64,000 bases of DNA, taken from Auanema rhodensis. Taxonomy: Eukaryota > Animalia > Nematoda. Positions within the stretch are counted from its first letter, which is position 1. The number at the start of each line of letters is the position of its first letter. The translations under genes were made by a program, and so were the position numbers. The stretch is from assembly GCA_964057225.1 (NCBI GenBank), contig OZ059897.1:14136001-14200000 (forward strand), given 5' to 3'. Positions 40,626 through 55,190 of the stretch are shown here, one piece after another. The notes beneath the pieces are model-generated. The model was not told where the DNA came from. It was given only the letters and a program-made list of their open reading frames with translations, and ran no database searches.

Positions 40626-43206
40626 ATGCGTGATATATTAGTCTCACAGCCACTCAATATCAATCATGTGGAAGGAAAGTAAGTTAAAAAGGGAAAAAAA
40701 TCAAATTTAGTCTCATCTTCCAATTATTTACTCAATTTCGTTTATTTTTTCAGAAACGTTTTAAACAACGATGATTTTTTGCTTTCAACAATATTCAATC
40801 ACCCAAATATCCGAATGAAGGTAAGCATCTCAAAATCTACCCTCAACTTGAATCAAAGTACTAATTTCCACTGTTCTCATCTTTTCAAAGCTTTTTGATT
40901 TTTTCCCAGACTTTCATAAATATTTTATTCTTCAATAAATTTATAAATCAGTGATCTTATAAGTAAACTAGATAGTTATATAACAATCAAATTTTCAGAA
41001 TAAAATCGCAGTCGAGGAAAAGTTAATACAAATGGTCAAGGATGGCCAGGATAAATTGATGGTCAGTTTAATGTTGTAATACATATATAAATATAATATA
41101 TGTTGCATCTTTCTTGCTAAAAATAATTGTACAAGTTTCGTAATATGAGCTAACTGTTTGTTCTTTACATACATTTTCGAAAGCTCTTGTAGTCGTCAGT
41201 GCTCATCATGACGTCACGTTTAACTATTTATTTTTAACTTTTTTTTATTATTAACATTTTTTAAGGTTATTACTGACTTCGATTTCACTTTAACGAAATT
41301 CGATGGACCATCTGGTGAGAGATTTTGGAGCAGTCCAGGTATTTTCGATCGCTTAGCCTCAGAAATTCGTCCTGAGTTGGTTCATAAGGTAACAAATGCA
41401 AAGTATTTGGTCGTTAAAACAAGTAGTTTAGTTCAAAGAACTTTGCAAAAAATACATTCCAATTGAGTTTGATCCCAACTTGTCAATGGAAGAAAAAATT
41501 CCACATATGGAAGCATTGTATGATCATTTCATTTTGTGATCTCAACTTTGAACTTAAAATATTTTCAGCTGGACAAAATCACATAAGCTTACCATTAGTG
41601 CGGGTTTCGAAAAAACAGTTATTGAAGAGTTTGTTCGAAGATCAAATATCGCTTTAAGGTTTGATCGTACATAGTGACATTGATCTTTCACTGGCTAGTT
41701 AATATTTCAGGGACGGGGCTACCCAATTGATGGAAAACCTTAGCCAGAATGATATTCCAATGGTTGTCTTCTCAGCTGGCGTGAGTGATTTCTCATTGAT
41801 ACATTATAATCATAAATAAAAGCAATTTTTAAAGATAATTATATTTAGGTCGGAGATATTATTGATGTGTTTCTACGAAAAGAAATGAACAGAGACAAAC
41901 TACCCAGCAATATGCATATTATATCAAATATGATGGAATTTGACAATAACGTAATTTATTCTCAATTTATTTCCTTTCTGTTTAATTCAGAAATCAACTG
42001 ATCATTTGACCGTAAAGGTTAAAAGATCTTCGAGGTCTTTGCAAACATTTTTACCTTCTCACACAATCATTGCGCGTCCTAATTCGATTATTTTTTTTGA
42101 CAATTAAAACATTTAATATCTTTTAAAATCAATTAAAATTTTAAAATATTTTCATTTCATGCTATTGAGAAAAATTGAGACTAAAAGCTACAATATTCAT
42201 ACGTAAAAAGATAGCGTAACTTCTTATGTGAATGATTTTCAAATCAGATGTTACCGGCATAACGACCATGATAATATGGTGATATCACGAGTGGTGCTAT
42301 TCTCGAAAAAAAAGTCAACAATTCGTATCAATAGATTGTTGTACAAAGGATATTTCAACGAAATGGTCCTAAACATTAAAGAATATTCACGTGTAACAAT
42401 TTGTTTTGTATAAGAAGTTGCTCAATTTCAGGGACTTATCTCTGGATTTAGTGAGCCTCTTATTCACACATTTTGCAAGAATTCTTCCGTCATCCAAAAA
42501 GAAGCAGCATTTTTCCATCAAGTTGCTGACAGGTAGAATCATCCAAACAGAACAAAAATAAATATTTCAAAATTTGCAGAACTAATGTTATTCTGTTAGG
42601 TGATAGTCTTGGTGATATTCACATGGATGTAGGTGTAGAGAAAGAACAAGTACCGTTGAAAATCGGATTCTTAAATTATAAGGTATTTTTACGTTTATTA
42701 CATAAATAGGAAACACTTCATGAATTGCAAATGTTCATACATCTGATTGCGGAGCTCAAACTAACAAACGAGTTAATCATCGCAATCTTTCATGTGGTTG
42801 ATATCAATTTTGTTTGAACAAAATGAATATAAAAACTTTTATTTTTTACAATAATACACTCCATTACAATGGCTTTCATGGACGTAATTTGAGAGACATC
42901 ATCGAATCGCAGAGTACATGTGTAGACTACATGAAAGATGGAAAGACAAGATACTTCGATAAACAAACGTTCTATCTTGAGAGAATGACATAAAAAAAGA
43001 AGGCGCGCTCAAACTTGCGCGCTAGTCACAATTCTTTTACTAATATGCTAATTAGCTTAATTTAAAAATGATTTTTGTTCTTTCAGGTTGATGAGCTTAT
43101 TGATACTTTCATGGATATTTATGATATAGTTTTGGTTGAAGATCGATCCATGGTTGTTCCTTCTGCTATTCTACGGCTTATACAAGAACATGAAATAATT
43201 GTCTGA
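40626..43206 (+). CDS. Pyrimidine 5'-nucleotidase (cytosolic 5'-nucleotidase III / UMPH-1, HAD family)
   Basis: HAD motif [11 protein letters not shown], then [42 protein letters not shown] and YDIVLVED; TGA at 43204-43206. Start is uncertain because the frame is open to the acceptor at 40593. Confidence 0.9.
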
Positions 43207-44199
43207 ATTTTTTAAAATCTTGCTTGATTGCTTTAATTCCCTTTTCTTTAATGGTATACCTCACGCATTATTTGAAAAATTTTGCTTATTTTTCTTTTTT
43301 TTAATCCTAATACATTGCTTTTGGTCATTTTGTCCTCGACACTTATAGGTTATTGATAATAGATAATTGCTTTCCATATATATGCGTTCACCACAATTCC
43401 ATTTTTCTCACTCTATCTCTATCTATCTCACTCTTTTTTCTCCCGGAATTATCGATCAACCAATACTTTCACATAAAGCGCAAGTAGTGTTTACATTTGG
43501 TGATAACGTTGTTTTGTTATTACAATTGCTAATTGAAATCAATAAATCCTATAATAACTCTTTTGAACAATGAGCTCAACCGGTAACTGGTTATTGAGAT
43601 TAGTTTATCTAAAATGGTAATTATTTCAAAAAGAAAAACAGAACAGTGTATAACAACCTTTTGTCTGCAACGAACCATCTCTAGACAACTGAGTTTTTTT
43701 AATATTCAGCTAAATCAAAATAGCTTTCGAACCCATTATTCTGATTCAACTGCCTATATCAGTTTTATTTCTTCGCATCCACGTCATCTGGCTGTATTCA
43801 TTGCAGGCATATTTAACATTATGATGTTCCGACAAATAGTAATAGCTTGTACGTATTTGACGCATTCGAATCAACTTCACAAGTCATCTCCTTTTCATTC
43901 ACAAGTTTTGCCCTTTTTCTTGCTCTCGCCCTCAGCAAACGCAGACTGCATTGATGAATAGAACATTCTCGTTTGTATTCTATTTAGTTGTCTACATACT
44001 CATTGAAAGATACAGAATCAAACTATATGTGTATATTATGTGCCCACATCGGATATTTTTTTTGAAAATTTTAAGAGTTTACTAATATTTAATATTGTTT
44101 TCTTGGTATAGTCGAAAGATTATTAGAACCAACGTGTATTTTTCTTTAAAAAATCAAAAACCATTTGACCTACTGTGCGTACTTTGGTTTTTAGAATAC

Positions 44200-45774
<1,575 letters not shown>

Positions 45775-46440
45775 ATACATTAAATTGTAATGTTTTAACT
45801 ACCGCTTGCGTACCTTTTCTTATTTTAAGATCATGATCGTATATAGTAAGTACCCTGTGAGTAGAGTTTTAGCCAAGTAATTCTAATTTATAAGAAAATA
45901 AAATGTTTTTATTAAATGTTTAAGTTTACTTTGAAGGAGCTCTGAGTAGCTTCTATTATCCTGACTCTTCAATAAATCCTTAAATATCTATAGTGATGCC
46001 CGTAGGGCGTCAGCTTAAGAGATTATGAGGAGAGCAATTCACTGATCGAAAGATGTTGTGTACGTGACTTGAGGCAAGATTCGAGGAGGCATTTTAACTT
46101 CCTTGTGCTATTCGGCACGTACGTAGTTAACAAGCCTAGATTGATTTTCCCTTCTGTCACTCAGTCTATGTGCAAGAATGAGGATTTAGAAAAGGATATT
46201 TGAGCAAGAAATGTGCTTTGAACTTCAGGGAAATCCTTGGTTCAGTATATTTTCGCTTCATCTTAATTCTATTTTCATGATTAATAAACATGTAAAACGA
46301 TCAGCATCATGACTTTTAATTTAATTTAATCTATTTATAAATACTTTATTATATATATTTCTTCAATAACTGCTTCTAAATTAAGTAAGAAGCATAGAAA
46401 CACATTCATAGTGTACACTTTGATCAAAATTCCGAAAATG

Positions 46441-49400
46441 TTAAGTATGATAACTTTCCTTGTTTACATCATCTCTTGAATTTTCTGATTCATCAATTTC
46501 ATCAGCTTTGGCAGCAGCTTCGTCTATTTCATCGATCTCGTCCAGACAAGTGTCAGTAGTTGCAATACTGGCTAAAGCCATCAGAGGGGATCTCTGTTTC
46601 GAGCTGTAAAGATAAATTTGTCTTTCATGTGCTGACGATAACTAACTTCAATTCAGCAAAATTAACCGCCTCGTCAAGAGTTTTAAAGACTCGTCGCTTA
46701 TCAATATCTGAGTAAAAATCTGTTGCCTTGAACAACCGCTTCAGTTCACCTGCAAGTATTATAACAATCTACCTAATGATTATGGTTAAAAGTTTTGCAG
46801 TAAAATATGTTGATAGGATACCTTTCTGGACAACTAAATAGGTTTCAATATTGGCAGCCATAAGATCGGAATATACCTATAATATATTATAATTTACATA
46901 AAACATATTATATAAAATTCATTTATCTGCTCAACAAACCGTTTTCAATGTTGATAACCCTGAATAGTCCATATATGGAAAGCCAGCGCAGTCAATTACT
47001 ATAGAACATCGGTCTTCATTTTGTCCTTCACGTCTCCATCGACGTTTAGCAGCTGATAATTTCTGAACAGAAAATTTAAATATTTCTCATTAAATAATCA
47101 ACGAACTCGGCGGAATATTTCTTCATTATTTTCTGAATTCATCTGTTCTATAGTGATAAATGATTCAACTTTTGTTCTTTCCCATTTTTTAACACATTCC
47201 CATACTGCCTGAAAATTGGAATTCATTATAGCTGAAGCAGTCTAGTCTCTATCATGCCCTCTATATGGTTTTTTTTAATTTTAGAATAGCATAAATCTAG
47301 CAGAATGTGATAACATATTGATTTAGAGAAAAAGCCCGCCAGCTCTTGTCTTCAGATTACAACATGCTGTCTCAAAATACCGAGAGCAGTAAACTGGGAT
47401 GTTCTCTGAGGTTCTAGAACTATCTTAACAAAACATTTGATACTGATGAATGTTAAGCTTAAAGTACTTAAAGAGAATTAGTTTGCTAGTACTATAAAAT
47501 TAAAATAATAAATAAGTGTAAAAGACATGCATTGTTGTCTTCGAAAGTTGGCTTACCATAGTAAATCTATCTATGCTTGTAAATATCAGTGGAGCATCCA
47601 TACGGAATATGCATACATTGCCTCGTACCAGTTCTAAATCTTTTTTTTTAGTTTCACGATAATGGTCTGCCTCGTCATCTTTGGACAAGAAATGCCATTT
47701 AGGCCTGCAAAAGTAATAAGGATTACTAAATCTTTTTTATGCTTTCCTCACCTTTGTGTTCTCAAAATTGTTGTACAGATGGCGAAGCCAATTGCTAGTA
47801 GCAGGCCTGGTCCCATATCATAACCTACGGTTAAAACAAAACTCATTATCCATATTGCCTTAAGTAACACATTCGTTATCATGATGATGACAGAGTTATA
47901 CATACAAAGTCAATTTTGAAATATGGCCAAAGCTGTTTGAGCTCAGAAAATTTCGTGAACATCACTTTCTGAGAAACAATTATCATTGAAGCCAATATGC
48001 ATGATGGTAAGTATTCTAAAGCTGGTCCGATACGTAGAATAACAAATAATAATGCCAGAGAAGAAAAGAGACATGTTAACTGAAAATTAGCAGTTAATTC
48101 CAAACTTTTGTTTAAAATGTTAAGTCATAATCACTTGTTACATTGTTGTTTAAATCATAATGTTTTTTCTCTTGACATTTTTGTTTTCTTCTTTGTGTAT
48201 GGCTATTTTGAAATTAACCACAACTGACCTGAGTCGACCCTCCAACAGCTGCTCCAACAACACTGCGAGCAAATCCGGAGGTAACAGGAAAAACGGGGAA
48301 AAATGAGGATAAAACTCCAACAAATCCCAAAGCATATATTTCCTCAACAAGTATTATGTATATATAATTGAAATCACAAAGTACTTGTCCATGATTAATC
48401 TTATATTTGTATCGTTTTTCAACTACTTTCGCTACAGTGATATGAATGGCAACTGCTGTAATAGCAATAGCCACAGCGTTAGGGGCAATGTAGCTTATCA
48501 AATCTACTCGAGGTAAACTGGGAGGTGGAAAGCTGGAATAAAAAAAATAAGATATGTATCTCAAATTTGATATACTCATTCGGAATATTCGATACAACTG
48601 TAATATTATATCGTTTGGATAGATATGCATAATTGGTAGCTGTTGTACCAACTATAGCCTAAAATAAATCATAAAAGTATGTATGTCTCACATTATTTAT
48701 CTATTAATTCATGTTTAATGAGATAATTTAAAGGTGAGGTATAAGATCTGTTTTTGTAAAAAAAAAGAAGAAAAATAGGTCAATCTACTCAAATTAATAC
48801 TAATATCATTAGCATATGCTACTTTACAGTTAGATATTGATATTTCTCTCTTTTTAGTGTAATAAAAAATTAAATGAAAAAACATACCAGAACAAATTCA
48901 AATGGTATCGGAAATCGAAATGCTGTATTGAGCCACGGGGAAAGATATTCTTTACCATAAATCAAAAAAGCAATAGATGATGTTGAAATACATAGGGTAG
49001 GATAATGAACATGGTGAATATTGTTTATAAGATCTTGAATTCTCTGAAATGTTCTAATATTGTTCAGAGCACGACTGTATACCCTTTTTTACATAGTAAA
49101 GATAACCTGGTCCTGAACGTCGAGGAAGATTAATACCTAACACTACACCAATTTGAGCAAAAAATACATGAACCCCTCCGCCAACAACAAATCCAGACAT
49201 AACCTGTACAAAAATAAATCTATTAAAATCCTAATTCGGATAGTATAAAGGTGAGACTGAATAGAAACCTGTTCAGAAAAGAGTGAAGTGAGATATTCCA
49301 ATCGAAATAGTCCCATTAACAGCTTCAATATAGTTCGATTTTGTTTTATTAGAATTCAGGATCCAACCTGAATAATCCCAGCAAAAAACATAATTGTTGT

Positions 49401-50163
49401 TGCTACATGAATCTCTTTAACAGGTCGTAAACCATCTGTCCACATGACCATATTAACTTCTTCCACAAATGATGTTTCATTTCCCATATTCCTGGTGATA
49501 TAGTTTTAAATAATATTTTCCAAAGATAACTTACTGTAATAGAGTGAAATTTAGAACAGAAGATTCATTCATATGATCTTCAAATAACTGTAACGAATGA
49601 TTGAAATAGGCTGTTCCATTATAAGAAGTTTTTGTACTCTGCAGCACATTTTGTATTGCTGTGTGCGTCATGAGTGAAAGAACAGCAAATCCACCTTAAC
49701 GATATTGAATATGATATGGTTGTGTTTAATAAAATAAACCTAAAGCATTATGCTTGGAAGTTCCAAAAAATATATACAAAAATGATGGAAAAATAGCAGT
49801 GTATAATCCATATACAGGCGGTACGCCAGTAATACCAGCTAAAGCAATTCCTAAAATGTTTAGCATTCAGAAAATTAATGGAAGCTGTTTGTAAAACCTT
49901 GCGGAACAGAAAAAACTGCCATCGTTAAACCTCCTGATAAATCGCCAAAAAATGATTGAGACCAATCATATTTCGGTAACCACGATAAAATTGGTAAAAA
50001 TGATAAAAGTTTGTTTCGAAAACCATAAACAGCGCATTTTGAACGAATATTATGACATTTATTTGATATTTTAGCTTGCAAAGGAGCTGAGGATGAAAAC
50101 AACTGTAACAATATTAAATATAGCTTGGGATATAATTAGTGAGAAAAAGTATACCTTTGGCAT
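46441..50163 (-). CDS. sulp-1: SLC26/SulP sulfate permease with STAS domain (sulp-1-like)
   Basis: LPILSWLPKYDW...GDLSGGLTMAVFSVPQGIALA..GVPPVYGLY, FFGTSKHN, FPVTSGFARS, and STAS region CIFRMDAPLIF...VIDCAGFPYMDYSGLSTLK. First exon MPK; TAA at 46441-46443. The symbol is from recalled similarity only. Confidence 0.88.
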
Positions 50164-50204
50164 TTAGAAAACGGATGGCTAGTTTTCCATTCAAAATGAA
50201 ATAA

Positions 50205-50810
50205 AAATTTACTTCTATATGTCTTGGTCACTTTAGAAGTCCAATCATCATTTGTTTTGTTCGTTTCTTCCTTTTCTTAATTCTTCGAACAAACATCTTT
50301 CTAAATATTGTCTAACCCACACAAATCTTTATCTGTCTTTCAAATGAAAGTAAGGTAAACGAATTACTCTCATATTATATTATATGCACTTGATTTCAAC
50401 ATTTTACAAATGTGATTCAGTTTTTTGATCGTTTCTTCTCATAAATGATTCAGTAAATAATAAAGAATAAAGCATATGATTTCTGAAACATCATAAAAAA
50501 TTGAGTTTTATTTCATATTTGCTTAAAAATGACTGCAAACTCAATTTCAACCTGCTTTATAGACTAAACCATATAAACAATAAGCTAAAAAATGCTACAA
50601 AAAAGTTTACACTAATTGAAATATTGAACAGCATATAAGTATTAGTTTACCTTACATTTATTTCTTCGAAAAACAAAGAATTATGTTTGTGTATGCCAGA
50701 AAATACTGTAAAACTGTTTGTTCGAAGAATTAGGAAAAGGAGAAAACGGACGACTAACAAAGGATGATCAATTAGACTTCGAAGTGACCTGGGATATATT
50801 GAAATAAACA
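50205..50810. repeat. Diverged ~95-bp inverted repeats (50205-50295 and 50716-50810), possible MITE
   Basis: ccttttcttaattcttcgaacaaaca matches the reverse complement of tgtttgttcgaagaattaggaaaagg; ggtcactt-gaagt is also shared. Confidence 0.7.
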
Positions 50811-50849
50811 ATTATTATTATTATTATTATATCATATTCCACCCATTTC

Positions 50850-51147
50850 AAATTAATTTTATTCAGGTATTTTGAAAATATAATTCCTTATAAGATAGAA
50901 TTCAGGCATTTGTTTTGGTATTGGCAACTCCTTTTGCCTTTACCTTCTGCCTACTTCCAATATTAGGTGTTAATATAAAAGGTAAATAAGCTTAATTATT
51001 AAAGTTTACAATTATTGTAGAACTTCAAAATGTTATGGTTCTCATGCTGTGTTTATATTTTGTGTGTGGGCCTATGATAACTTTATACACAGTACCATCT
51101 TACCGAAAAGCTATTTTCAAAATTCCTAGACGATAACTACACTAAAA
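50850..51147 (+). pseudogene. 3' fragment (last two exons) of chemoreceptor type A
   Basis: Near-identical to 52345-52642 with no upstream exons. Confidence 0.85.
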
Positions 51148-51324
51148 TGTGTGAATTTATGTGGAGAAGACGGAACAATCAGAAAGACCTATTTGCTCCA
51201 GACCCCCGGAGTTGTGGAAGTTGGGCGCGAGGGTGGTTTAGAGTTTATTCCGTCCCCAGGTAGTGAAACCGCGCGCGTTTCGGCAGAAGGGGCGGAGTCT
51301 AGTGGGAAATAACCAACAAGAGCC
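51148..51324 (+). mobile_element. Merlin/IS1595-like transposon remnant including probable right end
   Basis: Encodes CEFMWRRRNNQKDLF, is internally deleted relative to the 52830-53096 copy, and has a GC-rich subterminal part ending ...aaccaacaagagcc where homology to the gene flank begins. Confidence 0.7.
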
Positions 51325-51522
51325 AAATTATTTTTTATATTTTGTTTTAGAATTGTTCAACATACTTTTTCAGTTTGATCTTATTAACATTTTATTTTCC
51401 AATTAGTCTTCGAGCTTTCATTGTAGATTTGCTCGAGCAAACTCACTGAGGTTTCGAATGAATTCGAATGCATACAGTGAACAGATAACGTACATCCTGC
51501 TTATTACTTCCAATCTAAGGTT

Positions 51523-52631
51523 ATGGTTTATCTACTACTGTTGTATATCGCTGCTCCAATAGCATTAGTTTGTCTATGCTTAACCTTCTTCTCTATTTTA
51601 TTTCACTCTCCTTCTCAGATGGGCAAAGAATATAGATGCTATTTATTTCTTCAATGTTGTGCGTAGGTTTCTAATCAAAAAGATTTGTTTCAATGTTTCT
51701 TTCAAGTGGCCTACTATTTTCCCTTTGTCTATCTTGTGGTGGTATACCAGTGTTGTTAGCACCATGTTTTGGAGCATACTTTATAGGATTTCTACCTTAT
51801 TTTCATGTTTCAGCTGTAAGCATAGCGTTATTAATTTTTAATTTGATGTACTGTGAGTTTATATGTAAAATAAACTATTATTCAATATATGTTAAGACTA
51901 CGGTGGATTAACAATAATAATGTTCTATCTACGATATCAAGCATTGCAGTTAAGACCACGAAAGACATTGAAATATGTTATATATCCAATGTGTTTTTTT
52001 AAATATTGTCTGGTCCCTGTGACTTTTTTTGTAACTGCAGAATTAGAGAATATAGAAGAAGTTAAATGGGAGTGCTTAGAGGTTTAGATTAGTGATTAGA
52101 TGAACTCTAATGTATTTTCAGATATATCAAGGTGATCCCATAGATGTTTTACAAGAAGAAAGTATAGTTATAGTTTTCCCTAAATCTGGAATATATGTTA
52201 TAATTTTTTTTTTAACAAATCTGATTATTATCACTTGGTTTGTAATTGAAATTTGTGCAATAGGGGTCTTTACGTATATTAACTTCAAAGAAATGAAAAA
52301 AAATATGTCTCAACAAACTTTGAAAACACATAAACTGCTTCTTAAAATTAATTTTATTCAGGTATTTTGAAAATATAATTCCTTATAAGATAGAATTCAG
52401 GCATTTGTTTTGGTATTGGCAACTCCTTTTGCCTTTACCTTCTGCCTACTTCCAATATTCGGTGTTAATATAAAAGGTAAATAAGCTTAATTATTAAAGT
52501 TTACAATTATTGTAGAACTTCAAAATGTTATGGTTCTCATGCTGTGTTTATATTTTGTGTGTGGGCCTATGATAACTTTATACACAGTACCATCTTACCG
52601 AAAAGCTATTTTCAAAATTCCTAGACGATAA
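51523..52631 (+). CDS. 7TM serpentine chemoreceptor-like gene, copy A1 (Str superfamily, Srh/Sri-like), 6 exons, intact
   Basis: MVYLLLLYIAAPIALVCL...HSPSQMGKEYRCYL...FYLRYQAL...KKNMSQQTLKTHKLLL...GPMITLYTVPSYRKAI; open after splicing. Confidence 0.8.
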
Positions 52632-52829
52632 CTACACTAAAATTTGTAAGAATTCATAGCAAATTGTTTTTTCAATGTTTTTATGTTTTTTATTTAAAAA
52701 AATAATAAAATACATTTTTTCCATTTGTTAAGAAAGATTTGTTGTTGATCTTTCATAGAATAGCTGGAATTAATTTATAGTTTATAACAATTTAACCCCA
52801 ATGGGAAGAAATAAAAAGTTGTTAACTTG

Positions 52830-53096
52830 TTTTACAAGGGTTACGAAGTTGAAGCTCAGTAAGATGTGGGGTGTACACGCAAAGATGTTGGATTCCTACT
52901 TGTGTGAATTTATGTGGAGAAGCCGGAACAATCAGAAAGACCTATTTGATACCGTTTTTGAAGATATTGTACTTTTTATGCGAGAGAGAGAGAGAGAGAA
53001 TGAAGCTGATTTATGGCTTTAAAATTTTATTAAAGTTACTTCTCCCCACTGGGGGATTGCCCCAGACCCCCGGAGTTGTGGAAGTTGGGCGCGAGG
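52830..53096 (+). mobile_element. Merlin/IS1595 (ISXO2-like) transposase C-terminal fragment with subterminal sequence
   Basis: KLKLSKMWGVHAKMLDSYLCEFMWRSRNNQKDLFDTVFEDI fits the YLxEFxWR C-terminal motif of ISXO2/Merlin transposases, followed by gggggattgcccccagaccccc. Confidence 0.75.
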
Positions 53097-53251
53097 TTGA
53101 TTGTAATAATTGCATTGGTTTGTAGATTAATATTTAAAATCAGATTGCTCTGAGTCTAAAAGAAAACAAAATAAATAAAGATTGTAATATTGATCTCCTC
53201 GTTAGTGGTCAAGGTTTTGCTTTTCGTCGGTTATCAAGAGAATTCGCAAAA

Positions 53252-53944
53252 ATGCCTACACCACAACCGTTAGTTCAATCGCAGATTCAAGGATTTGCTC
53301 CAAATCAAGTTCAATCACAGAATACAAATCAAGAATCTTGAAAAAATCATAGAGCTGCAGCGACAAGTGAGAGAGAGATCAGATGAAACGGAAAGGAATA
53401 CAGCTACACCGTCTAGCGCAGACAAGCTATGGTTATTGGCCCGCTTGAGCATGCTTATCGGTTAGAATCGCTTGTTAAAAGCCTTCTGCAGAACCAAAAA
53501 AAGCTAGCAGCTGAGCAAAGGGTTGAGAAAGCTAGACAGAGTGTGGTTGTAGTATCTTTTTTGGGAGAAAAGCTTGACCAATTTGAGATGTTTAATCTCG
53601 AAGATGATAGAAGGTTACGCAGTTTGTCTCTAAGTTCGTGTCATAATAGTGTAGCAGAGTTTACCAGAGAATTGATAGGGTTTAGGATCGTTGTTTCGCA
53701 GAAAAAGGCCATACATTTATACGAGGAGATTAAAAATTGGGAAGGCGCGTTTAGCTTTAGTATTGCGTTGCATGCAAAAGAGCAGCAGCCGGTGTATACG
53801 GTGATGAAAAGCTGGGCTCTTAGCATGGAGAACCAAAGAACCGAAATCGTCGCCAATAATGTTTTAATGTTCGTATTATGGTGTGCAAAGCTATTTGACG
53901 TAATAATGAGGATATGGGCAAAAGGGTTTTATTTTCCTTGTTAG
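53252..53944 (+). other. Intronless degenerate coding segment with a 171-aa ORF (53429-53944), possible retroelement ORF1-like relic or orphan gene
   Basis: Higher GC than flanks, no introns, coiled-coil-like stretch then EKARQSVVVV; upstream frames are broken by stops and frameshifts. Confidence 0.3.
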
Positions 53945-54128
53945 ATAAGAGAAAACTATTATTTTTTACAATATTAAAAATAAATTCAATTTGTGAAAAA
54001 GAAAATGAGGAAACAGAACAAGGGGTTTTAAGCTTGTACGGTTTTTACTCATATTCTCAAGAACCGTCAGTATTGTCATAGTTTGAAATAAATTTAATTC
54101 AAGGAATTGGTTTGCCATTTAAGAAAAA

Positions 54129-55190
54129 TTAGTTCACGTGCAATTTGCATAATGGACGTGAACCTACGTACGAGAATAAAATGTTATAAACCTGACATAA
54201 GATTGTTGATCTATAAGAAGGAACTGTATATATCACATACATCGGTTCACATGTAAAGACTACGTCAAGGCAATATAACAATAGTATTTTGAATTTCTGA
54301 AAGGAAAAGAAAACAATATTTGTCAATATTTCGTGTGTTACCTATCACAATAAAATTAAAATATAGCAACACTAGGAATACTAAGCTCAATGAAGCGAAT
54401 ATAACCAATGTACAAGTCTATAAGTTTAATTACGAAAACTGAATAAGAATCAATTGAAACCTGAATAAAATTAACTTTCAAAAATAGTTTATGTGTGCTT
54501 AGCGCTTGTTGAGACATCGTGTTTTTTAGATCGTTAAAGCTTTTCCACATAAACGTTAGTATTATAGAAAGTATAATTAGAAAGAGTATAAGACACACTA
54601 TACATATATAAAGATAAGACTCTACATATATTCCTGAATTGGTGTATGATACAACTATACTTTCTTTCTTCAAAATATCCATGGGATCACCTTTATATAT
54701 CTGAATATTCATTGTGATATGGCTAATTACAAAAACAGACCTTTAAGCAATCATTTTTTACTTCTTCTACATTTTCAAGCTTTGTTATGATGAAAAGAGT
54801 CCAAGGTACCACAAAATAAAGGACAAATGATACTCCGTATATAACATATTTCATTCTATTTTGTGATCTTAACTGCAATGCTTCATATCTTAGATAGAAC
54901 ATCATTAGTGTTATTCCTCCATAATCTGAACAATTCTCTAAATATTGTTTATTGTTTTTCAAAAACTTACAATTTACTAAAGAAAGCAAATATAAAGTTG
55001 CTAATCCTATAAAGTATATTCCATAGCAAGGTTTCAGTAGTATTGACAGTAGTAAGACATAAGAAGCATCTATAATCTTGACCCATGAGCAAAGGGGTGA
55101 AATAAAATACAGTACCATACAAGAAAAAAAAAGATAAAAGCATGGGAATACAAATAGCATAAAGTAAGTAAAGCATATACTTGACACCGA
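54129..55190 (-). pseudogene. Chemoreceptor type B/C pseudogene
   Basis: Frameshift between FLVWYCILFH and MGQDYRCFL, deletions in exons 1-2, and a premature TGA in the last exon (54265-54267). Confidence 0.8.
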
